NCBI GenBank assembly: GCA_041497675.1
Contig: JBGQGY010000046.1
Coordinates: 1 to 23,827, forward strand
Direction: 5' to 3'
Length of the DNA stretch: 23,827 bases
Source of the DNA: a bacterium
Lineage (GTDB): Bacteria > Sysuimicrobiota > Sysuimicrobiia > Sysuimicrobiales > Humicultoraceae
Of this stretch, positions 17,133-23,827 are shown piece after piece (positions within the stretch are counted from its first letter, which is position 1; each line of letters starts with the position of its first letter). Both the position numbers and the translations under genes were made by a program. A model generated the notes under the pieces. The model was not told where the DNA came from and did no database searches. It saw nothing but the letters and a program-made list of their open reading frames with translations.

Positions 17133-17687
17133 ATGGCCCCTGAAATTCACGCTCCCCTCTCAATCGACGAATTCTGGCACCTGGCCCACCGCCTGCCCGA
17201 CGCGGAACTGGTCGGGGGGCAGGTGATCGAGCTGGTGCTGCCGGGCGCGCGCCACGGGGTCCTGGTCGCGGGCCTCAGCTATCGGCTCCGCGACCACGTG
17301 ATGGCAAGCAATCTGGGCATCGTGGTGTCTGATACGGGCTTTATCCTGAGCAGGGATCCCCCAACCGTGCGCGGACCCGACGTGGCGTTCGTGCTCAGAG
17401 ACCGGGTGCCGTCGCCTGTTCCGGCCAAGTTCTTCCCCGGTCCTCCCGATCTCGCCGTTGAAGTGCTTTCGCCCGATGATCGGCCCGGCGAGGTCGCCTC
17501 AAAGGTTGCCGACTACCTGCGGGCGGGCGCGCGGGCGGTGTGGATTGTCGATCCCGACGCCCGGACGGTCACGGTGCACACTTCCGGCGGCGCCGCCACA
17601 TACGGACGCCATGAGATCCTCCACGGAGCCCCGCCGCTCCCCACCTTAGCGTTGACGCTTGAGACGCTATTTGCAGAAGTCGACTAG
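17133..17687 (+). CDS. Uma2 family (DUF820) PD-(D/E)xK putative endonuclease
   Basis: ELVGG, PGARHG, RGPDVAFV, PDLAVEVLSP, KVADYL..G...VWIVDP. ATG 17133 is preferred over TTG 17109. Confidence 0.9.
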   Translation: MAPEIHAPLSIDEFWHLAHRLPDAELVGGQVIELVLPGARHGVLVAGLSYRLRDHVMASNLGIVVSDTGFILSRDPPTVRGPDVAFVLRDRVPSPVPAKFFPGPPDLAVEVLSPDDRPGEVASKVADYLRAGARAVWIVDPDARTVTVHTSGGAATYGRHEILHGAPPLPTLALTLETLFAEVD

Positions 17688-17693
17688 GCCATC

Positions 17694-19847
17694 TTGGATC
17701 TGCTCGCCGATCTCAATCCACCACAACGCGAAGCCGTCACCCACCCGGGCGGGCCGCTGCTCATCCTCGCCGGCGCCGGTTCGGGGAAGACCCGAGTCCT
17801 GGTGCATCGTATTGCCTACCTGATCCGCGAGCACGACGTCCCGCCGTCGCGTATCCTGGCCGTCACGTTTACCAACAAGGCCGCCCACGAGATGCGCCGG
17901 CGCATCGATGCCCTCCTGGGCGGGCCGGTGGCCCGGCCGATCTGGATCGGCACATTTCACGCGATCTGCAGCCGAATCTTGAGGATCGACGGCGAGCGCA
18001 TCGGCGTGCCGGCCGGGTTTACGATCTACGACGAGGAAGATCAGCGCCGGGTGATCCGCGGCTGTCTGGAGACGCTGCGCATGGACGAGCGCCGCTTCCC
18101 GCCGGCCGCGATCCACGCGATGATCGGACGCGCCAAGGACGAGGCGCTCGACGCCGAGCGTTACGCCGCCCGGGCGTCGTCATTTCTCGAGGAAGCCACG
18201 GCGCGGGTCTGGCGGGCGTACCAAGAGCGGATGCGCGCGCAGGGCGCGCTGGACTTCGACGACCTGATCGGCGAGGTGCTGCGGCTCTTCGACGATCATC
18301 CCGATGTGCTGTCCAGGTATCAAGACCGCTTCGCGCACGTGCTGGTCGACGAGTATCAGGACACCAACCACGCGCAGTACCTGTTGGTCCGGGCGCTGTC
18401 GGGCCGCCATCGCAACGTCACCAGCGTTGGCGATGACGACCAATCGATCTACAAATGGCGCGGCGCGAACGTCCGCAATATCCTCGAGTTCGAACGCGAC
18501 TATCCTGACGCGACGGTCGTGACGCTGGCGCAGAACTATCGTTCCTCCAAGACCATTCTCGCGGCGGCGCATGCCGTGATCCAACACAACCCGCACAGGC
18601 ATCCCAAGGAACTCTGGACCGCCAACGATCCCGGCGTGCCCATCACCGTGTACGAAGCGGACGACGGTGGGGATGAGGCGCGCTTTGTGATCGACGAGGT
18701 CCGCGCGCATCTGGCGTCGGGCGGCCGTCTGCGCGATGCCGTCATCCTCTACCGCACCAACGCGCAGTCGCGGCTGCTCGAAGAGGAATGCCTGAAGGCC
18801 GGCGTGCCGTACCAGGTCGTGGGAAGCGTACGATTCTACGAACGCAAGGAAGTCAAGGACATCCTCGCCTATCTGCGGCTGGTCACCAACCCGAACGACG
18901 AAAACAGCCTGCGCCGCGCCCTGGCCACGCCGCGACGCGGTGTGGGCGACGTCACCCTCGGCCGTCTGGCGACCTACGCCGGCGCTGCCGGCTGCTCGCT
19001 GCTTGAGGCCATGCGCCGGCCCGAGGCCCTTCAAGATGCGCCGCGAGGCACTACCGGGGCCCTCCAGGCCTTCGTCAAGGTGATCGACGACCTGGCGGGG
19101 CTGACCGCAGATCGGCCGGCCAGTCAGATCATCACGCGGGCCCTCACGCTGACCGGCTACCAGCAGATGCTCGAGTCCGAGGCGACCGATGAGGCGGCGG
19201 GCCGGCTGGAGAACCTGCGCGAATTGATCACCGTCGCCCAAGAAGTGGAGGAGTCCACCGGCGAGCTGCACCTGACCGCTTTTCTCCAGCATCTGGCGCT
19301 CGTCGCCGACGTTGACACCTATCGCGACGACCTCGACCGCGTCACGCTCATGACGCTGCACAGCGTGAAGGGCCTGGAGTTCCCCCTGGTCTTGCTGACC
19401 GGACTGGAGGAGGGGCTCTGCCCGCACGCCCGCGCCTTCGACGAGGAAGGCGGCCTCGACGAAGAGCGGCGTTTGTGCTACGTGGGATTCACACGGGCGA
19501 AATCCCGTCTCGTCCTCACACACGCTCGGAGCCGGGCCATCTTTGGCAGCCCGTCAATCTCGGTGCCGTCACGATTTCTGGAGGAGATTCCACAAGATTT
19601 GGTGACCAGCGCCACCCCGCGGCCCGTGCAGTCCCGAGGGCTGACCGTCACAGCGGCCGGGCGGAGCCAGCGACGCGGCCCTGTCGCGCAGTTCGATGTC
19701 GGCGCTCGCGTGAAGCATGCCAAGTTTGGGGACGGCGAGGTGCTTGAGGTCGAGGGGGACGGCGACGGCACGATCGTGACGGTGCGGTTCGCGGCGGCCG
19801 TGAAGCGGCTGGCCTTGACGTACGCGCCCCTGGAGCGCGCCGAGTGA
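17694..19847 (+). CDS. pcrA: ATP-dependent DNA helicase PcrA/UvrD
   Basis: LNPPQREAV, GAGSGKT, TFTNKAA, DEYQD, GDDDQSIY.WRGA, QNYRS, YRTNAQSR, HSVKGLEF, EERRLCYVG.TRA and C-terminal Tudor-like VKHAKFGDG. TTG start. Confidence 0.96.
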   Translation: MDLLADLNPPQREAVTHPGGPLLILAGAGSGKTRVLVHRIAYLIREHDVPPSRILAVTFTNKAAHEMRRRIDALLGGPVARPIWIGTFHAICSRILRIDGERIGVPAGFTIYDEEDQRRVIRGCLETLRMDERRFPPAAIHAMIGRAKDEALDAERYAARASSFLEEATARVWRAYQERMRAQGALDFDDLIGEVLRLFDDHPDVLSRYQDRFAHVLVDEYQDTNHAQYLLVRALSGRHRNVTSVGDDDQSIYKWRGANVRNILEFERDYPDATVVTLAQNYRSSKTILAAAHAVIQHNPHRHPKELWTANDPGVPITVYEADDGGDEARFVIDEVRAHLASGGRLRDAVILYRTNAQSRLLEEECLKAGVPYQVVGSVRFYERKEVKDILAYLRLVTNPNDENSLRRALATPRRGVGDVTLGRLATYAGAAGCSLLEAMRRPEALQDAPRGTTGALQAFVKVIDDLAGLTADRPASQIITRALTLTGYQQMLESEATDEAAGRLENLRELITVAQEVEESTGELHLTAFLQHLALVADVDTYRDDLDRVTLMTLHSVKGLEFPLVLLTGLEEGLCPHARAFDEEGGLDEERRLCYVGFTRAKSRLVLTHARSRAIFGSPSISVPSRFLEEIPQDLVTSATPRPVQSRGLTVTAAGRSQRRGPVAQFDVGARVKHAKFGDGEVLEVEGDGDGTIVTVRFAAAVKRLALTYAPLERAE

Positions 19848-19902
19848 CCTGCGCAATACGCGCCGCAACGGAACCCCTGTTCGGATCGGTCCGTAGGGGT
19901 AG

Positions 19903-19962
19903 GCAGGAGTTCATGCCGGGCGCAGCGTAGTTGTCCGGTCGGAATGCTAACTGGAGTATACT
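19903..19962 (+). promoter_or_regulatory. Promoter region of the second ABC operon
   Basis: GCAGGAGTT (19903-19911) ... GCGTAG (19925-19930), SigH-like. A TATACT -10 at 19957-19962 lies in an AT-rich patch. Confidence 0.4.
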
Positions 19963-20030
19963 GAAACATAGTACAACAGATAAGAAGAGCGCTCCGGCCG
20001 GGCGCAGGTCGGCCGGGGAAGGAGGACGAA

Positions 20031-21791
20031 ATGAGGCTCAGCCGGATGCTTGTCATCGTCGTCGCGGCTTCCTTCATCCTCTCTGCACCGGCCATCGCGC
20101 AGCCCCAACCTCAACCGCCGCGGGCGTCGCTCCCGGACGTACCCAACCCGGCAGTCGTCGAAGCCGAGCCTGGCCGTTTCGGCGGGACCTTCGTGGTCAC
20201 GTCGATTTCAGATCCCCGCACGTTCAATGTCGTCGTGGCGCAGGAAACCTCCTCGACGGGCCCCCTGGGGTACGTCTTCGAAGGTCTGGTTGACACCAAC
20301 CGGACCACCACGGAGGTCGAGCCGAACCTTGCCGAATCCTGGACCGTCAGTAAGGACGGCCGCACCTGGCAGTTCAAGCTGCGCAAGGGCGTCCAGTGGT
20401 TCGATGGGAAACCGGTGACGGCCGACGATGTGGTGTTTACCCTCGACGCGACGTTCACCGAAGGCGTGCAGGCGAGCCTGAAGGACATCCTGATGATTGC
20501 CGGCAAGAAGATCGGCTACAAGAAGCTCGACGCCTACACCGTCGAGTTCAAGACCGAGGAACCGTTCGGGCCGTTGCTCCGCACGATCGGGTTTGCCCTG
20601 GTCCCGAAACACAAGCTGGAAGGGGTGCTCAAACAGGGCCCGGCCGAGTTCAATCGGACCTGGGGGATCAACACCGACCCGCGTGAGATCGTCGGCAACG
20701 GTCCCTTCGTCATGTACCAGTATGTCCCCGGTCAGCGCATCCTCTTTACCCGTAACGCCAAATACTGGAAGGTGGACAAGAAGAGCGCGCGCCTGCCGTA
20801 CTTGGCCAGGTTGGTTGTCGAGATTGTGCCGAATCAGGACGCCGGCCGGTTGAAGTTCCTGGCCAGAGAGACCGACTCGTACGGCGCGCGGCCGCGCGAG
20901 TACGCCGAGCTGCGGACGCAGCAGCAATCGGGGAACTTCACGATCTTTGACGGGCCGGCGACCTTCGCCACCGAGTTTCTAGTCTTCAACATGAATCCCG
21001 CCGGTTTCCGAGAGCCGGCCGGCGCCCGAAAGCTCGCGTGGTTCCAGAACCTCAAGTTCCGGCAGGCCGTCTCATATGCCGTGGACCGGGACGCGATTGT
21101 GCGGCAGGTCTACGCGGGCCGCGCGGCAGCGCAGTATGGGCCGATCAGCCCGGCAAACAAGTTCTTCTACAATCCCAATGTTCGCAAGTACCCCTATGAT
21201 CTTGCCCGCGCCGAGACCCTGCTCCGTGAAGCCGGGTTCTCGAAGGGCTCGGATGGGTCGCTCCGCGACTCGGCCGGCACCATCGTCGAGTTTACGCTGG
21301 TCACCAACGCCGGCAACCAGGACCGCGAAGCCATCGGGAACCTGGTCCGACAGGATCTCCAGAAGCTTGGGATGCGCGTGACGTTCGCGCCCGAGGCCTT
21401 CAACACGCTCGTCGGCAAGCTGGTGGGGACCTACACCTGGGAGGCCATCATCATCGGTCTGACCGGTACGCTCGAACCGCACAACGGGCAGAACGTGTGG
21501 AAGTCCAGCGGGTCGCTGCACATGTGGTGGCCCAAGCAGGAGAAACCGGCCACCGATTGGGAGGCCGAGGTCGACCGACTCTTCGACCAAGCGGCGACGA
21601 CCGTCGACCAGAACAAGCGCAAGGGGCTGTACGCCCGCTATCAGGAGATCGTGGCGGAGAACGCGCCCATGATCTACTTCACGACCACGCTGACGCAGCC
21701 GGCGTTCCGGAACACCCTGGCGAACTTCAGCCCGTCGCCGCTCGCCTTCTACGACATCGAGACGATCTACTACCGGACCCCGTACCGGTAG
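20031..21791 (+). CDS. ABC transporter substrate-binding protein, family 5, with Sec signal
   Basis: SD AAGGAGG and signal peptide ending AIA. Motifs DPRTFN, PNLAESW.VS.DG, LRKGVQWFDG.PVTADDVVFT, GNGPF and FRQAVSYAVDR. Confidence 0.94.
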   Translation: MRLSRMLVIVVAASFILSAPAIAQPQPQPPRASLPDVPNPAVVEAEPGRFGGTFVVTSISDPRTFNVVVAQETSSTGPLGYVFEGLVDTNRTTTEVEPNLAESWTVSKDGRTWQFKLRKGVQWFDGKPVTADDVVFTLDATFTEGVQASLKDILMIAGKKIGYKKLDAYTVEFKTEEPFGPLLRTIGFALVPKHKLEGVLKQGPAEFNRTWGINTDPREIVGNGPFVMYQYVPGQRILFTRNAKYWKVDKKSARLPYLARLVVEIVPNQDAGRLKFLARETDSYGARPREYAELRTQQQSGNFTIFDGPATFATEFLVFNMNPAGFREPAGARKLAWFQNLKFRQAVSYAVDRDAIVRQVYAGRAAAQYGPISPANKFFYNPNVRKYPYDLARAETLLREAGFSKGSDGSLRDSAGTIVEFTLVTNAGNQDREAIGNLVRQDLQKLGMRVTFAPEAFNTLVGKLVGTYTWEAIIIGLTGTLEPHNGQNVWKSSGSLHMWWPKQEKPATDWEAEVDRLFDQAATTVDQNKRKGLYARYQEIVAENAPMIYFTTTLTQPAFRNTLANFSPSPLAFYDIETIYYRTPYR

Positions 21792-21795
21792 GATC

Positions 21796-21837
21796 GTGAG
21801 GGTGGGAGGGGGCCCGAGCCTCCTCCCGCACCTTCGC
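21796..21837 (+). other. Stable intergenic hairpin between the binding protein and permease genes
   Basis: GAGGGTG-GGAGGGGGC-ccga-GCCTCCTCC-cg-CACCTTC; no U-tract. Confidence 0.65.
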
Positions 21838-21839
21838 CG

Positions 21840-22805
21840 ATGCTCCGGCATATCGTTCGTCGACTGCTGAACCTGATCCCGATGCTCCTCGGGATCACGA
21901 TGATTTCCTTTCTCATCATTCAATTGTCCCCCGGCGATTTTCTCGCCGAGATCCGCCTGAACCCCATTGTCAGCCAGCAGACCGTTGACCAGATGCGGCG
22001 AAACTTCGGCCTCGACCAGCCGTTGCACATTCAATATCTGCGCTGGCTGTGGAACGCGATTCGGCTCGATTTCGGCTACTCGTTTGCCTTTCAAGTCCCG
22101 GTCATCTGGCTCATCGGGTCGCGGTTGATGAACTCGGTGATCCTGAACATCATCGCGTTCGTGATCGCGTGGGCCATCGCGGTGCCCTTGGGGATCTACA
22201 CGGCCCAACGCCAGTATTCGCTGGCCGACAACAGCCTGTCGTTCACCGGCTACGTGGGCATCTCGACGCCCACGTTTTTCTCCGGGCTCTTCCTGCTGTT
22301 CCTGGCTTTCAAGACACACTGGTTCCCGATCGGCGGCATGACCAGCATCGACCACGACTTCCTGCCCTGGTGGGGCAGGATGCTCGACGTGGTCCACCAC
22401 CTGCTACTCCCGGTGCTGGTCGTCGGGGTGTTCGGCTTCGCCGGTCTCATGCGGCAGATGCGGGCGAGCCTGCTGGAAGTGCTGCGGCAGGACTACGTCC
22501 GCACCGCACGCGCCAAGGGCCTGGCCGAGCGAACCGTGATCAACAAACATGCCGTCCGAAACGCGTTGAACCCGCTCATCACGATCTTCGGGTTCAGCCT
22601 GGGCGGGTTGTTGAGCGGGTCGGCCATTCTCGAGAACGTCATGGGATGGCCAGGCATCGGCAAGCTGATCGTCGATGCCACGATCCAGAAGGATCTCTAC
22701 GTGGTCATGGCCTCGCTGGTCATCGGGTCGCTGACGCTCATCGGCGGCAATCTCGTCGCCGACGTCCTGCTGGCCCTGAGCGACCCGCGCATTAGGTACG
22801 ACTGA
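21840..22805 (+). CDS. ABC transporter permease, OppB/DppB-like
   Basis: PGDF, FGLDQPL..QY, DYVRTARAKGL, KHAVRNAL and DPRIRY. Confidence 0.94.
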   Translation: MLRHIVRRLLNLIPMLLGITMISFLIIQLSPGDFLAEIRLNPIVSQQTVDQMRRNFGLDQPLHIQYLRWLWNAIRLDFGYSFAFQVPVIWLIGSRLMNSVILNIIAFVIAWAIAVPLGIYTAQRQYSLADNSLSFTGYVGISTPTFFSGLFLLFLAFKTHWFPIGGMTSIDHDFLPWWGRMLDVVHHLLLPVLVVGVFGFAGLMRQMRASLLEVLRQDYVRTARAKGLAERTVINKHAVRNALNPLITIFGFSLGGLLSGSAILENVMGWPGIGKLIVDATIQKDLYVVMASLVIGSLTLIGGNLVADVLLALSDPRIRYD

Positions 22806-22816
22806 GCGGGTCGGGG

Positions 22817-23827
22817 ATGGCGCGGGCGATCGCGGCAACCCTGGAGCGGGCGCGGCGGGTTCAGGCCGCCGAGCACGTGCGGACGCCCGCTCAGCTCGCC
22901 TGGCGGCAACTGCGCAGGCACCGCATGGCGCTGGCGGGCGGGGCCGTGTTGGCCGTGCTCTACTTCATGGCGATCTTCGCCGAATTCCTGGCGCCCTACA
23001 CCCTCGACTACGCCGACCGTGAACGCTTCTTCCACCCGCCGATTCTGCCGAAGTTCGTGGACGCGCGCGGGATCAGCCTGCGGCCGTTTGTCCACTCGAC
23101 GACGCTCACCGATCCGGGTCTGCGCCAGTACACCCAAGATCCGTCGAGACGGTACTACGTGCGCTTCTTTGTGCGGGGTGAACCGTACCGGTTGTTCGGT
23201 CTGGTGCCGATGTCGGCGCATTTTCTGGGAGTTGAAGAACCGGGCCGCATCTTCTTCTTCGGCACCGATCAGTCGGGCCGCGACCAGTTCAGCCGCATCC
23301 TGTACGGCTCGCGCATTTCGCTGACGATCGGTCTGCTGGCCTCGGCGATCACCATTCCGCTCGGCCTGCTGTACGGGGGGGTGTCTGGGTACTACGCCGG
23401 CCGCGTCGACAACATCCTCATGCGGTTCTCGGAGATCATCATTGCCTTTCCCGAGTTCTACCTGCTACTGACGCTGAGCGCGGTGCTGCCCACCAGCGTC
23501 GGCTGCACGACACGGTTCTACATGATCACGCTGATCCTGTCATTTCTTGGGTGGGCCGGCTTTTCCCGCATCATCCGCGGGATCGTGCTGTCGTTGAAGC
23601 AGCAGGAATACGTGCTCGCGGCCAAGGCCGCGGGCTTGGATGACCTGCACGTCATCGCCCGGCATATCCTGCCGCAGACCTCGTCGTTTGTCATCGTCGT
23701 CGCCACGCTGGGGATCCCGAGCGCCATCCTCGGCGAATCGGCGTTGTCGTTCTTTGGGTTCGGGGTCCGGGAGCCGTGCTCGTCGTGGGGGAACCTGTTG
23801 ACGTCGGCCTCGAACCTGCCGACGCTC
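22817..23827 (+). CDS. ABC transporter permease, OppC/DppC-like, 3'-partial (missing from the supplied ORF track)
   Basis: Manual translation from ATG 22817: MARAIAATL...AWRQLRRHRMA...FGTDQSGRDQFSRILYGSRISL...EYVLAAKAAG...RHILP...SWGNLL. The frame is open to the window end. Confidence 0.92.
   Translation, partial: MARAIAATLERARRVQAAEHVRTPAQLAWRQLRRHRMALAGGAVLAVLYFMAIFAEFLAPYTLDYADRERFFHPPILPKFVDARGISLRPFVHSTTLTDPGLRQYTQDPSRRYYVRFFVRGEPYRLFGLVPMSAHFLGVEEPGRIFFFGTDQSGRDQFSRILYGSRISLTIGLLASAITIPLGLLYGGVSGYYAGRVDNILMRFSEIIIAFPEFYLLLTLSAVLPTSVGCTTRFYMITLILSFLGWAGFSRIIRGIVLSLKQQEYVLAAKAAGLDDLHVIARHILPQTSSFVIVVATLGIPSAILGESALSFFGFGVREPCSSWGNLLTSASNLPTL

Noticed and set aside
17133..19847. Uma2 plus UvrD as an anti-phage (Gabija-like) nuclease-helicase system
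   Set aside because: The helicase is a full-length canonical PcrA with the C-terminal Tudor-like domain. There is no OLD/TOPRIM partner or defence-island context.
1..23827. CRISPR arrays, IS elements, prophage genes, tRNA or rRNA
   Set aside because: No spaced repeats, transposase or integrase motifs or cloverleaf signatures were seen. Intergenic gaps are short and accounted for.

Overview
GC-rich bacterial chromosomal window in which every credible gene lies on the + strand. In order: (1) a 5'-truncated membrane-fused spermidine-synthase-like SAM-fold protein with C-terminal TPRs; (2) a cobalamin riboswitch leading a btuB-like TonB-dependent receptor, tonB and a YqgF/RuvX-like RNase H-fold nuclease; (3) an SLH-domain/coiled-coil/beta-barrel (OmpM-type) outer-membrane protein with a long leader and a strong terminator; (4) a small putative lipoprotein, pyrF and pyrE; (5) hpt, a GuaB3-type guaB and guaA; (6) a Tat-exported family-5 ABC binding protein, two permeases and an AiiA/AttM-type lactonase; (7) a Uma2 nuclease and pcrA; (8) a second Opp/Dpp-type ABC system that runs off the 3' end. 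The combination of SLH-anchored barrel, TonB system, GuaB3 and PcrA suggests a diderm member of the Terrabacteria (possibly Armatimonadota-related; inference only). I found no mobile element, CRISPR array, rRNA or tRNA. It is mostly housekeeping DNA and I cannot support a wholly new system. The best leads are the transporter-lactonase operon, a shared SigH-like promoter motif before three nutrient-uptake units, a pyrF lacking a canonical start, Cys-paired loops in the OmpM-like protein and a probably leaderless Uma2-pcrA transcript.
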